NCBI GenBank assembly: GCA_015064855.1
Contig: SVRK01000004.1
Span: 129,445-193,444, forward strand
Reading direction: 5' to 3'
Length of the DNA stretch: 64,000 nt
Source: Oscillospiraceae bacterium
Lineage (GTDB): Bacteria; Bacillota; Clostridia; Oscillospirales; CAG-272
The notes under the pieces are model-generated. The model made no database searches. It was not told the origin of the DNA and saw only the letters and a list, made by a program, of their open reading frames with translations. Shown here piece after piece: positions 49,055 through 59,474 of the stretch. Both the position numbers and the translations under genes were made by a program. Each line of letters opens with the position of its first letter. The stretch's first letter is position 1.

Positions 49055-50176
49055 CTATTTTATTATATCCAAAATCATTTCTTTTGCGCGTGTACGATAT
49101 ACTGCTTCGGCATTGCTTATCGCCTCGTCAACGGTAACTCCGTTGCCAACGAGGGTATAGATTTTCGTCACTCCTATGTCATATGCTTTTTCGTATCCGT
49201 CGCCAAGGCAACCCGAGATACAGATAAGAGGCACGTTTTTTTCTTTACATCTTTTGCCGATGCCGTAAATCACCTTACCACTTGCGCTTTGGGAGTCAAT
49301 TCTGCCCTCTCCCGATATGACGTAATCGGCATTTTCAAGAGCCTTATCAAAGTCAACAAGGTCAAGTAAGGTTTCAATGCCCGAGGTCATTTTGCCACCA
49401 AGAAAAACGGAAAGAGCACAACCGATACCGCCCGCAGCACCACCACCGACAATGCTGTTTGCCACAATGCCGAGGTCTTTTTTTATAACGCTTGCATAAT
49501 TTATCATTCCGCTTTCAAGCTCGTTTGCAATTTCGGGAGTTGCGCCCTTTTGTGGGCCGTAAACGTACGTTGCGCCGTTTTCCCCTGTCAGTGGGTTGGT
49601 AACGTCACACATAACGGTGAACTTTGCTTCCTTTGCCGTAGAAACGAGGCAGGAGGTGTCTATTTTTGCTATTTTTGATAGATTTTTGCCTATCCCCTGC
49701 ACAATGTTTCCATTAGTGTCTAAAAACTTAACGCCAAGCGCTTGCATACAGCCCGTACCGCCATCGTTGGTTGCAGAGCCACCGATAGCCACAACTATAT
49801 CGCGGTAGCCGTTTTTCAATGCATCTAAAATGAGCTCACCCGTGCCATAGGTCGTTGTGTTAAGAGGAATTTGCTCACTTTTTTGAAGGAGCGTAAGACC
49901 GCTAGCCTCTGACATTGAAACCACAGCGGTTTTGTCAAAGGTAACGTATGATGCTTTTATCTTGCGAAACAGTGGGTCTGACACTGTAACCTCGACACGT
50001 CTTGCGCCTTTTTTCACCATAAAGGCATCAAGAGTGCCCTCGCCACCATCTGCAATTAAGAAGGTTTTGCTTTTTGCCGTTGGTGCAATGCTTTTTAACT
50101 CATTTTCTAAAATTTGACCTATTTTCTCGCTAGAAAGCGAGCCCTTGAAGGAGTCGGATGCAAAGATAAAATTCAT
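49055..50176 (-). CDS. glxK: Glycerate kinase
   Basis: MNFIFASDSFKGSLSS and ADGGEGT are present. An AAGGTGG RBS precedes the ATG at 50176. Confidence 0.88.
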   Translation of the reverse strand: MNFIFASDSFKGSLSSEKIGQILENELKSIAPTAKSKTFLIADGGEGTLDAFMVKKGARRVEVTVSDPLFRKIKASYVTFDKTAVVSMSEASGLTLLQKSEQIPLNTTTYGTGELILDALKNGYRDIVVAIGGSATNDGGTGCMQALGVKFLDTNGNIVQGIGKNLSKIAKIDTSCLVSTAKEAKFTVMCDVTNPLTGENGATYVYGPQKGATPEIANELESGMINYASVIKKDLGIVANSIVGGGAAGGIGCALSVFLGGKMTSGIETLLDLVDFDKALENADYVISGEGRIDSQSASGKVIYGIGKRCKEKNVPLICISGCLGDGYEKAYDIGVTKIYTLVGNGVTVDEAISNAEAVYRTRAKEMILDIIK

Positions 50177-50341
50177 AAATACCACCTTGTTCGATGTTTT
50201 CTATGTTAATATTACCACATTTTGGGCGATAGGTCAACAAAAATTACTTTACTTTGATAATATTATATGCTACAATGGAAATAGTCAAGATGTAAACATC
50301 TTGAAAAATTTATCAGCCCTTTGGGGTGTCAAGGAGAAAAT

Positions 50342-51961
50342 ATGAAAATCAGAATTCCCGACTACGTCTCTTTAATTCACGATGAGAAGGACGAATTTTA
50401 TAACGACGAATTAAATTCCGTTTTGAAAAACGAAAACACAGAGGTTTCATTTAAGGAAAATGGAGACTACTTAACGGTATATGCAACTACCTATAACAAG
50501 GGCGCAAAATACGTAATGCTCCGTTGGAATTACGATGCGCGCAAGGACGTTAAGGTTCTTGGCGATGCCTACGAGCGCGGATATGGAGATTTGCAGTGGC
50601 AAACAATACGCCCTGAAAGAATGATGCCTTGGTATATAGCGGTATCTAACGGAAGCGATATGGATTTTGATTACTCGAAAAGACTTACCGAGTGCTTTGG
50701 CGTTATGGTTCAGCCAAATGCATTTGCCACATGGCAATACGACACGAAGGGCGTTACCCTTTGGCTTGATATAAGAAACGGCGGTAACGGCACACAGCTA
50801 GGCGGTAGACTTCTTGAATGCGCAACGGTTGTGTTTAAGGAATATGAAAGGGTTAGCGCATACAAGGCAGTAAAAGATTTTTGCCGTGCGCTCTCGCCTA
50901 ACCCGTATTTGCCAAGTCATAAGGTTTATGGCTCGAACAACTGGTATTACGCATATGGAAAAAGCTCTCACGAGGAGATTGTTGCGGATACAAAATTAGT
51001 TGCCAAGATGTGCAACGGACTTGAGAATATCCCCTATATGGTAATTGACGACGGATGGCAACCAAACCCAACCGACGCGCCCTGGGACATAGGAAACGAG
51101 CGCTTCCCTAATATGAAGAAGCTTGCGGACGAGATGCGTGCGCTCGGCACACGACCGGGTATTTGGGTGCGCTACCTTGTAAACGGCAAGGACAACGAGC
51201 CTCGCAAGATAGAAAAGCCCGAGGAGTGGTATCTTGAAAGAAACAAAAAGGTGTTTGACCCTTCCCACCCAGAGGTACTTAATTACGTTGCCGAAATCAC
51301 CGAGACTCTAACTAAAAAATGGGGCTATGAATTAATCAAGCACGACTTTTCCACCTTTGATATTTTCGGTTGGTGGGGCTTTGATATGCAACACACCGTT
51401 ACTTATGGCGGTTGGTCATTCTACGATAAGACAAAGACAAGCGCAGAGATTGTTAAAAACTTTTATAGGGTTGTAAAGGACCACGCAAACGGTGCAGTTA
51501 TTATCGGCTGCAACTGTGTTGGACATCTTTGTGCGGGACTACATCAGTTAAACCGCACAGGTGATGACACAAGTGGCTTTGAATGGTCAAGAACAGCCAA
51601 GATGGGTGTAAATACGCTCGCATTTAGAAACGCGCAAAACGGCTCGTTCTTTATGGCTGATGCCGACTGCGTTGGAATTACAGGCGCAATTTCTTGGGAG
51701 CAAAACAGAGAATGGCTTATGGCTCTTTCTCGTAGTGGCTCACCGCTATTTGTTTCCTGTAAGCCGGGTGTATTAAACGACGAGGAATTAAACGAGCTAC
51801 GCGAGGCTTATATAGTTGCATCATATCAAGCGGACGAATTTATTCCGCTTGACTGGATGGAAACAACAACACCTGAAAAATATTTATTAAACGGAAAAGA
51901 AATAACGTTTAATTGGTACACAAAGCGCGGAAACGAAAGCTTTCTTGATATAGCAAGATAA
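50342..51961 (+). CDS. Clan GH-D (GH36/GH27-like) alpha-galactosidase-like hydrolase
   Basis: VIDDGWQ, FPNMKKLADEMRALG and LIKHDFS are present. An AAGGAG RBS precedes the ATG at 50342. Confidence 0.55.
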   Translation: MKIRIPDYVSLIHDEKDEFYNDELNSVLKNENTEVSFKENGDYLTVYATTYNKGAKYVMLRWNYDARKDVKVLGDAYERGYGDLQWQTIRPERMMPWYIAVSNGSDMDFDYSKRLTECFGVMVQPNAFATWQYDTKGVTLWLDIRNGGNGTQLGGRLLECATVVFKEYERVSAYKAVKDFCRALSPNPYLPSHKVYGSNNWYYAYGKSSHEEIVADTKLVAKMCNGLENIPYMVIDDGWQPNPTDAPWDIGNERFPNMKKLADEMRALGTRPGIWVRYLVNGKDNEPRKIEKPEEWYLERNKKVFDPSHPEVLNYVAEITETLTKKWGYELIKHDFSTFDIFGWWGFDMQHTVTYGGWSFYDKTKTSAEIVKNFYRVVKDHANGAVIIGCNCVGHLCAGLHQLNRTGDDTSGFEWSRTAKMGVNTLAFRNAQNGSFFMADADCVGITGAISWEQNREWLMALSRSGSPLFVSCKPGVLNDEELNELREAYIVASYQADEFIPLDWMETTTPEKYLLNGKEITFNWYTKRGNESFLDIAR

Positions 51962-51974
51962 AGAGGGAGTAACT

Positions 51975-52067
51975 ATGTTAATTAAAAAGAACCCCGTTTT
52001 AACCGGATTTCATCCCGACCCTAAAAGGCTCCTTTGTGCAAAGGGAGCTGTCAGCTGTGCTGACTGA
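51975..52067 (+). other. Relic 5' end of a GH43 gene (16 codons) reading into a repeat and stopping
   Basis: A GAGGGAG RBS precedes the ATG at 51975. MLIKKNPVLTGFHPDP mirrors the start of the live gene at 52092. The frame then enters the palindromic repeat and reaches TGA at 52065-52067. Confidence 0.7.
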
Positions 52068-52073
52068 GGGATT
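52027..52073. repeat. Solo left-type compound repeat end
   Basis: GGCTCCTTTGTGCAAAGGGAGC, GTCAGCTGTGCTGAC, TGAGGGATT. The architecture is the same as 41480-41528 and 48142-48187. Confidence 0.88.
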
Positions 52074-52091
52074 GAGAAAAAAGGAGAAATT

Positions 52092-53696
52092 ATGTTAGTT
52101 AGAAAAAATCCTGTTTTGACAGGCTTTCATCCCGACCCTTCTATTTTGGCGGTGGGCGATGACTATTACCTTGCGACCTCAACCTTTCAATGGTTCGGGG
52201 GAGTAGAATTATACCATTCAAGGGATATGGTAAACTGGGAGCAGCTACCTTGTCCACTTACAAGAACCTCACAGCTTGATATGCAGGCAAATCCGAATTC
52301 AGGCGGAATATGGGCGCCGTGCCTATCATACTCGGACGGAGTTTTTTACCTAATTTACACAAACGTGAAAAACTTCCACGGTATTTTTAAGGATACACAT
52401 AATTATCTTGTTACCACAACCGATTTGTACGGCGAGTGGAGTGAGCCGATTTATTTGAACTCCAGTGGCTTTGACCCGTCGCTTTTCCACGATGACGACG
52501 GCAAAAAATATCTTGTCAATATGCGTTGGGACCACAGAATGGAGCACCACGATTTTGCAGGAATTTTAATGCAAGAATATGACCCGAAGGCGAAAAAACT
52601 GGTTGGCGAAATCAAGACAATATATAAGGGCACGGAAATAGGCGGTACGGAAGCACCGCATCTATACAAAAAAGACGGCTATTACTATTTGATGGTTGCC
52701 GAGGGTGGCACAATGTATAACCACGGTGTGCGCTTGGCTCGCTCAAAAAACATTTGGGGCGAGTATGAAAGTGACCCACAGCCACTTTTAACAACAAGAA
52801 ATAATCCCGAAAAATATATTCAAAGAACAGGGCACGCTTCGTACATAGAGGCATCAAACGGTCAAGGCTACGTTGCTTACCTTGGCGCTCGACCATTGCG
52901 CGAGAAAAAGCTCGTTGCCTTTGCAGAGGGATGCTCGATTTTAGGTCGTGAAACCTGTATTGCCCCTGTAAAGTGGGAAAACGGATGGTTACGCCTTGAA
53001 AACGGCGGAGAAGTTCCACCCGAGGAGTATTTTTCGACGCTTGACGAGGTAAAATTTCCACCAAAGCCCGAAAAAGACGTATTTGACGGTGAAAAACTAC
53101 CACTTCAATATAAAACGTTAAGATTGCCGCTTGACAGAATGGGAACCTTAAATGAGAGAAAGGGATACCTACGCCTTTACGGTATGGAGGCAATTACCTC
53201 TCCAAACGAGCAAAGCTTGGTTGCAAGAAGGCTTGACGCTTTTTCTGTTGAAGCAACGACGGAGCTTGAGTTTTGTCCAAAAACGTTCCAAGAAATGGCA
53301 GGACTTACCGTTTTTTATGATACCTATAATTTCTTCTATCTCTATATGTCACACGATGAGGAAAGCGGTGAAAACTGCCTAAGAGTTTTGGTGCGTGACA
53401 GCCTAAAATTTTACAACCCTATAAAAGAATATAGAGTTTTGATAGGAAAAACGGAAAAGGTATGGCTACGCGCTCAGGTCGAGAGATTGAATTTAGAGTT
53501 TTTCTATTCACTTGACGGAGAGAATTATATGCCGATTGGCGGAAGGCTTGACTGCTCCAATTTATCTGACGAGGCGTATGGCTTAATAGGTCACGAGGGA
53601 CACACGGGCACGTTTATCGGTATGTGCTGTCAAGACCTGACAGGGTTAAGAAATTACGCAGATTTTAGAAGCTTTGAATATAAGGTGAAAAAGTAA
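52092..53696 (+). CDS. GH43 beta-xylosidase / alpha-L-arabinofuranosidase
   Basis: NPVLTGFHPDPSILAVGDDYYLATSTF, WAPCLSY and EAPHLYKKDGYYYL are present, followed by a C-terminal beta-sandwich. Confidence 0.88.
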   Translation: MLVRKNPVLTGFHPDPSILAVGDDYYLATSTFQWFGGVELYHSRDMVNWEQLPCPLTRTSQLDMQANPNSGGIWAPCLSYSDGVFYLIYTNVKNFHGIFKDTHNYLVTTTDLYGEWSEPIYLNSSGFDPSLFHDDDGKKYLVNMRWDHRMEHHDFAGILMQEYDPKAKKLVGEIKTIYKGTEIGGTEAPHLYKKDGYYYLMVAEGGTMYNHGVRLARSKNIWGEYESDPQPLLTTRNNPEKYIQRTGHASYIEASNGQGYVAYLGARPLREKKLVAFAEGCSILGRETCIAPVKWENGWLRLENGGEVPPEEYFSTLDEVKFPPKPEKDVFDGEKLPLQYKTLRLPLDRMGTLNERKGYLRLYGMEAITSPNEQSLVARRLDAFSVEATTELEFCPKTFQEMAGLTVFYDTYNFFYLYMSHDEESGENCLRVLVRDSLKFYNPIKEYRVLIGKTEKVWLRAQVERLNLEFFYSLDGENYMPIGGRLDCSNLSDEAYGLIGHEGHTGTFIGMCCQDLTGLRNYADFRSFEYKVKK

Positions 53697-55684
53697 TGAA
53701 AAAAACAAAATGGATATGGCATCCCGGTAGCTTTGAATTGTACCATTCGATGCTATTACATAACAGACGAACAACGTCAAAAACGTATGCCGATGGCACG
53801 CGCAAAAGTGTATATTACTATCCAATGTGGCGAATAGATTCACCGCACCATAATGCAATTTTGGAGAAAAAAGCGACAACTAAAAAGCCTGAAACCTTAA
53901 AATTTTACGCAAATACAGAAACTGCCAACATGGTGGTTGACGGCATTGCCTATTCTGTTGGCAGCGAGGTGATTCTTGAAGCCGGCGAGCATACAGTATG
54001 CCTTCAGGGCTTTAAAAAGGACGGCTTTCCTGCGTTTTACGTTGAGGGTGACACCTTTAAAACGGACAGAGAATACGTGGTTGCTGAGGGTGATTACAAG
54101 GGCAGACACGCCGGATATAGCAATTATTACACAAATCCAACCGACGAGGTGGAAAAATTCAAGTTTTTGTATAAAAAAGTTAACCCTGTATCAAAAAAAC
54201 AGATAAATGGCGGAGTGCTTTTTGACTTTGGCAAGGAAACTTTCGGTAAAATTCATTTATCGGGACTTGACGGCGAGGAAAGATATGTTTCACTTGGTGA
54301 AAGCTATGAGGAGGCTATCGACTCAGCTTACTCCGAGCTTGGCTTGAATGTAGAAGGAAAATGCTACGACAGTGAGCCTGTGGCGTTTAGATATATTTTT
54401 GTACCGGACACATCAAAATGCGAGGCTTGCGTTGATTTTGAATATCTACCGCTTGAAAACCGTGGCTCGTTTAAGTGCGATAATGAGCTTATAAATGTAT
54501 TGTGGAATGTTTGTGCTTACACAATGCTACTAAATTCACGAGAGGCATTTTTTGACGGAATAAAGCGTGACCGTTGGGTTTGGTCGGGCGATGCTTATCA
54601 GTCATATTTTGTAAACTACTATTTAGCGTTTGACACCGATATAGTAAGGCGCAGTGTGCGTATGCTACGAGGTGGCGACCCTATAAGGAAGCATATAAAC
54701 ACAATTTGTGACTACACGTTTTTATGGATTTCTTCCGTTTGGGATTACTACCTACACACGGGGGACGAGGATTTTGTGCGCGACATTTATCCCGATATAC
54801 TTGATATGTGGGAGTTTATCGAGCCACGTCTTAACAGTGACGGAATGTACGAAAGAAAGCCCGAGGACTGGGTGTTTATCGACTGGTCAACCTTTGATGA
54901 AAGTGGGCCTATATGTGCTGAACAAATGCTACTTGCAAGGGCGTATGAGTCAATGGCTAAATTTGCTCACCTTGTGGGGGACACCGCTTGGGAAAAGCAC
55001 GCAAGTGAGTGCTTTGAAGGGATAGTAAAAAGGACAAACGAGCTGTACTGGAATGACGAAAAGGGCGCGTTTGTTGACGACTATGAATCGGGCAAGGAAA
55101 ACGTAACTCGCCACGCAAATATTTTTGCGCTCCTCTTTGATTACACAAGCGAGGAAAGAAAAGAAAAAATCATTAAAAACGTAATTTTTAATGACGAAAT
55201 AACAAAAATCACAACCCCGTATTTTGAGTTTTACGAGCTTGACGCTATGTGTAAAATCGGAAACTTTAAATATATGACCGATATGCTAAATAGCTATTGG
55301 GGCGGAATGCTTAACCTCGGTGCTACCACCATTTGGGAGGAGTTTGACCCGACAAAGAAGGGAATAGAGCACTACGAAATGTACGGAGGAAAATATGAAA
55401 AGAGCCTTTGCCATGCGTGGGGTGCATCTCCAATTTATCTTCTTGGAAAATACGCACTTGGCGTTTACCCAACGGGCGTAGGCTATAAAACCTACGAGGT
55501 AAAGCCAAATCTAATGTGCTTCGGCAACATTGAGGGCACAGTTCCAACACCAAACGGTGATATTTTTGTGTCACTTGACAAGGAAAAGTGCGAGGTTTTA
55601 TCCCCAATTGACGGCGGAACTCTCATTTTAGGGGAGAAAAAATACGAAATAAAGAAGAATGAAAAATTAACGGTAGAGATATAG
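53696..55684 (+). CDS. GH78-like (alpha-L-rhamnosidase six-hairpin) glycoside hydrolase
   Basis: DGIKRDRWVWSGDAY and the C-terminal sequence SLCHAWGASP are present. The ATG overlaps the GH43 stop by 1 nt. Confidence 0.6.
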   Translation: MKKTKWIWHPGSFELYHSMLLHNRRTTSKTYADGTRKSVYYYPMWRIDSPHHNAILEKKATTKKPETLKFYANTETANMVVDGIAYSVGSEVILEAGEHTVCLQGFKKDGFPAFYVEGDTFKTDREYVVAEGDYKGRHAGYSNYYTNPTDEVEKFKFLYKKVNPVSKKQINGGVLFDFGKETFGKIHLSGLDGEERYVSLGESYEEAIDSAYSELGLNVEGKCYDSEPVAFRYIFVPDTSKCEACVDFEYLPLENRGSFKCDNELINVLWNVCAYTMLLNSREAFFDGIKRDRWVWSGDAYQSYFVNYYLAFDTDIVRRSVRMLRGGDPIRKHINTICDYTFLWISSVWDYYLHTGDEDFVRDIYPDILDMWEFIEPRLNSDGMYERKPEDWVFIDWSTFDESGPICAEQMLLARAYESMAKFAHLVGDTAWEKHASECFEGIVKRTNELYWNDEKGAFVDDYESGKENVTRHANIFALLFDYTSEERKEKIIKNVIFNDEITKITTPYFEFYELDAMCKIGNFKYMTDMLNSYWGGMLNLGATTIWEEFDPTKKGIEHYEMYGGKYEKSLCHAWGASPIYLLGKYALGVYPTGVGYKTYEVKPNLMCFGNIEGTVPTPNGDIFVSLDKEKCEVLSPIDGGTLILGEKKYEIKKNEKLTVEI

Positions 55685-55689
55685 AAGAA

Positions 55690-55711
55690 GCCTTCCCCTT
55701 GAGGGGAAGCC
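55690..55711. repeat. Palindrome of the cassette-1 type
   Basis: GCCTTCCCCTTGAGGGGAAGCC lies directly after the GH78-like stop codon. Compare CCTTCCCTAGCAGGGAAGG at 1873-1891. Confidence 0.6.
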
Positions 55712-55788
55712 TAAAAACACCTCGTCTTTTATGCAAGTGTGCAAAATAAGACTAAAAAAGAAAATCCACCCAAATGGGTGGATTTTTA

Positions 55789-56622
55789 TTAGTTTCGTTT
55801 TCTATATTCGGTTGGGGTAAGACCGACGTGCTTTTTAAACATTTTGCTGAAAAAATATTGGTCCTTAAAGCCGGACGAAGCACCGACGAGGCTAATTGTC
55901 ATATCAGTTGTTAAAAGAAGCTCACGTGCCCTGCCGAGCTTCAGCTCAAGTATATACTCGCTTGGAGTTTTTCCGAATTCCTTGGTGAACAGAGTAATAT
56001 ACCTTGAATTACTTAAGCCTTCTAGCTTTGCAAGATATGGAATTTGTATTTTTTCAGTGTAATTTGCATGAATATATTTGATTGAATTTTTAAACGTGCG
56101 ATAGCCGTTGCTTCTCATCCTTTCGATGACGATTGTGAGTAGGATTTCCTCTAAAAGACAAGCAAGCGAATATTGCAAAAAGGGAGCCTTAGTCATAAAT
56201 TGTTCTACCATTTTATCAAATAAAGATTTGATTTTAGGTGAAAATTCATTTTCTAATACATAAGGTTCATTTAACGGAAAACCTAAATCCGTTAAAAATT
56301 TTTCCACGTGCGAGCCGGTAAAATGTGCGCACAAATATTTGGAAGGAATCTCACCCCAGTAGTGATATTTGTATTTGGGCGGAAATAAAACGACGGTTCC
56401 TTTTTTTAAATTTAAAACAGTACCGTTTATCTTAGTGTTGAAAATTCCGTCGGTTACGTAGATTATAAAATAATCGTCTCGCCCAACGCAATTGTACGTA
56501 TCGTAGGAGTAAGGCACGCCTGCAAAGCAATTACACGTATAATTGACGATTAATGGGTACTTATCGGATTTGACGCTGTTGGTATTTAAAATATTAATAT
56601 TTCTGAATACAAACTTGTACAA
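55789..56622 (-). CDS. AraC family transcriptional regulator
   Basis: A cupin-like N-terminus and a C-terminal double HTH (LSNSRYITLFTKEFGKTPSEY...SGFKDQYFFSKMFKKHVGLTPTEYR) are present. A GGAGG RBS and the TTG at 56622 are preferred over the upstream extension. Confidence 0.8.
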   Translation of the reverse strand: MYKFVFRNINILNTNSVKSDKYPLIVNYTCNCFAGVPYSYDTYNCVGRDDYFIIYVTDGIFNTKINGTVLNLKKGTVVLFPPKYKYHYWGEIPSKYLCAHFTGSHVEKFLTDLGFPLNEPYVLENEFSPKIKSLFDKMVEQFMTKAPFLQYSLACLLEEILLTIVIERMRSNGYRTFKNSIKYIHANYTEKIQIPYLAKLEGLSNSRYITLFTKEFGKTPSEYILELKLGRARELLLTTDMTISLVGASSGFKDQYFFSKMFKKHVGLTPTEYRKRN

Positions 56623-56789
56623 AATACACCTCCGGTTAACCGTGTATAGTAAAATAATACAAAGAAATGCTAAAAAAACACATTTACAATTCTCTATTGT
56701 AATTATAAAATATAAATGTGGAATTGTCAATGCTATGTACAAAATTTTAAAAAATCAAATTTTTATTTTAATTATAAGGAGAAATTAGT

Positions 56790-58493
56790 ATGAGAAAGAA
56801 ACTTTTATTTGCAGTAGTTATTATTGCATTGCTTGCATTGTCTTTTGCGATTTCTGCGTCTGCGTCCATTATTTATAAGGATACAGAAGGAAACACTCTT
56901 TTTACAGCTATTGATGACGATGGAAATCGTATTTTTGAAAGCTACGAGGGAAATTTCCCAACAACCGATAATAGTGGTAATGCTTTAACCTGGTACGTTG
57001 TAAGCACGGAAGCTGTAGACGGTGATACCGTGCATACAGTAGCAAGCTTTAATACAATTGATACAACGGGTGAGCACGCTTCGCTTTCCGATGCCGGTTA
57101 GTATAAATATGTTAATCAAGCTAAAGAGCTTAGCGTAGTCAGTGCTTATTTTCCTGATGATTCTAACATATTAACACTCAATATGAGTGATAGCGGTTAT
57201 GGAAATGCATACGGGCACAATACTGATGGAAGCAATCTTCTTTTCTTAAGATTGCCGAATACCTTGACTGAATTGCCGTCACGTATATGTCAAGCAACGA
57301 ACGTTATTGACTGTGCTGTTGCAGACGACGCACCCTTTGAAACCATTAGCAACGTTGCGTTTTATGATTGCATGAACCTGCGTTCCGTTGATATTTCCGC
57401 AAACGTAACGCTTATCCAGGGCTCCGGTCATTCAAACAACGGTTTTGCTTTTTATAATTGCATTTCCCTTGTTGATGTTGATTTCTCGGAAAATGCAAGA
57501 CTTGAAATAATTGACCAAAATGCATTTAACAGCTGTAAGAGCTTGAAAGAAATTACTATTCCCAATACCGTGACAAGTCTTGGAAATAACGCGTTTATGT
57601 ATTGCAGTAGCCTTACGACTATTCGCTTAGGAGCAAATACGGGTAGAGGCTTAGATACCTATAACGTACAGAGTATGCTCTACGGCTGCAATTCACTTAA
57701 ATACGTGTATATGTCAAATACTATGGTGCCCACATCAGGCTCTCACTTGTTTGACAGCGGTTCAAGCGGAATGGTTATATTCTATACCGGTAACGAAGCT
57801 GAATATGAAGCCTTAAAAGAAATACTTACAACACTGAAAAATAACGGCAAATTTGTAGACGCTACTCCAATTGAGTGGGATGCAACACAGGATGATCAAT
57901 ACTATAAGGACTTAGCTGCAAATGAAAATAAAAATTACGTAGTTTACGGCTACAATACCTGCAAAGCATTCTATGATAACGAGCATGACGAGCAGACTCC
58001 GCGTAACGCATTCAAGGGTGACAAGTACGTTAGTGACTTCTGCGCATTTGCCGAATGCTCAAGATGTCCAAAGACCGTTGAAACAAAGCTCCACGGACCA
58101 CTCTTTATCTCGAAGGGCTATTCAAAGAGCGCAGACGCATTTATGTTCGATATGAAGGTTGACTTTGATGCAATCGCAGCATACGAAGAACTCGGCTATA
58201 CGGCTCCAAGCTACGGACTTGTTGTTTCTGCAAACGCAAATATAAACGAGCTGATCGGTCTTGACGGCAACGTAGCAGATATGTCTGTATTGAAGGTGAA
58301 CTTCGACGAGGGCAGCTACAATAACGTACAAGTCAGACTTAATAACATCACAACGGATGCAAGCAAGGCAAGGAAGGTACACGTATGTGCATACATCATT
58401 GATACTGAATCTGTTTACTACGTAGGAGAAGGCGAGTCTGCAGCTACGTCAACTATGATTTGTCATAACGACATCCCCGGTGAGGAAGCATAA
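56790..58493 (+). pseudogene. BspA-type leucine-rich-repeat surface protein interrupted by one in-frame TAG
   Basis: ORFs 56790..57101 and 57183..58493 share one frame, and no stop other than TAG 57099-57101 lies between them. A signal peptide is present. LRR_5-like repeats occur (FYDCMNLRSV, FYNCISLVDV, FNSCKSLKEI, FMYCSSLTTI). Confidence 0.7.
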
Positions 58494-58506
58494 CAAAGCA
58501 TAATGA

Positions 58507-58536
58507 AAAGAACCGCAACCGCGGTTCTTTTTTTTA
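58507..58536 (+). terminator. Intrinsic terminator
   Basis: GAACCGC pairs with GCGGTTC, followed by TTTTTTTT. Confidence 0.9.
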
Positions 58537-58567
58537 TGCAAGCAGGGGAGACAGAATGACGTGTTCT

Positions 58568-58612
58568 TGTAGGGGACGGCGCCACGACGTCCCGTTAGTG
58601 AAGAGTGAAGAG
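58568..58612. repeat. REP-like module
   Basis: TGTAGGGGACGGCGCCACGACGTCCCGTTAGTGAAGAGTGAAGAG is the reverse complement of 33159-33206. Confidence 0.85.
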
Positions 58613-58718
58613 GGTTGCTGCGCAAGTAAGGGAAATCCTCGACTGTCCGCTATGCCCAAAAATGAAATACCACCACAAATGAAGTGAACCCCAAATAGTT
58701 CACAAACGGGTGGATTTT

Positions 58719-59474
58719 TTAATCAAATGCAAATGCAAAATATTCAGGCGGAGTAAGGTTTTCAAACGGGCAGAGCATAGTAAACGGTCGGGCTTTTCCA
58801 ACGCCTCTGAACGTGCCACTGTCAACACCAAGAGTAGAAAGAATGCTTGGCGCTTTTTCTGTGTTACCAAGAAATTCGTATGCGTGGAGCTTGTTTTCAT
58901 ATATAGAATATGAAAGGAGAAAGTCCTCGCCTTTAATAAAGGTGGCAAGCTTTTCAAGAAAATCAAGATTTTCTTTTTCTTGGATTATTGCGTTTTTCGG
59001 CAGATACTCTTTTCTTAAACGGGCATATTCATTTTTATCAATGCTTGTAAAGTGGCAGCCCTGTGTTGAGCTTTCCCTTGAAAGCTCGCCTATAAAAGTG
59101 GCTGTTTTATAGCCAAGCCGTTCATAAAAATTAAAGAGTGACGGCTCACTCGGTACTAAAATTGCGCCCGAATAGCCAAGTGATTTTAGGTGCTTATGTG
59201 TGTCTTGCATTAAGATACTGCATAGCCCTTGCCCACGATATGCTTTGTCGGTTGCAACCGCATAAATGTATGCAAGAGGCTTGCCCAAATATTCACAGTC
59301 AAACCAATAGAGCATAGCGGAGATTTTGCCTTCCTTATATATCACCCTTGCGCGATTTTCGGAAAAGGCGGTATCAAAAAAGGTGTCGATAAATCCGCCC
59401 TCGTCGCCAAACGCCTCGGCAAATAAAGCTTTAAGAGAAGGAATGTCATCTCTTTTTGGTGAATTAACTATCAT
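58719..59474 (-). CDS. GNAT family N-acetyltransferase
   Basis: The acetyl-CoA motif YRGQGLCSILM is present. A GGAGG RBS precedes the start, which overlaps the upstream gene by 11 nt. Confidence 0.8.
   Translation of the reverse strand: MIVNSPKRDDIPSLKALFAEAFGDEGGFIDTFFDTAFSENRARVIYKEGKISAMLYWFDCEYLGKPLAYIYAVATDKAYRGQGLCSILMQDTHKHLKSLGYSGAILVPSEPSLFNFYERLGYKTATFIGELSRESSTQGCHFTSIDKNEYARLRKEYLPKNAIIQEKENLDFLEKLATFIKGEDFLLSYSIYENKLHAYEFLGNTEKAPSILSTLGVDSGTFRGVGKARPFTMLCPFENLTPPEYFAFAFD

Noticed and set aside
52612-53193. 193-aa antisense ORF inside the GH43 gene, and similar antisense ORFs inside gyrB, gyrA, carB, recA, the 1541-aa gene and the heparinase-like gene
   Set aside because: Each is fully contained in a longer ORF with strong family motifs on the other strand. 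None has recognisable motifs or an RBS.
57099-57101. TAG read as a sense codon (pyrrolysine or other recoding)
   Set aside because: TAG terminates recX, pyrB and the beta-propeller gene at sensible positions in this window. No pyl genes or recoding signal are visible.
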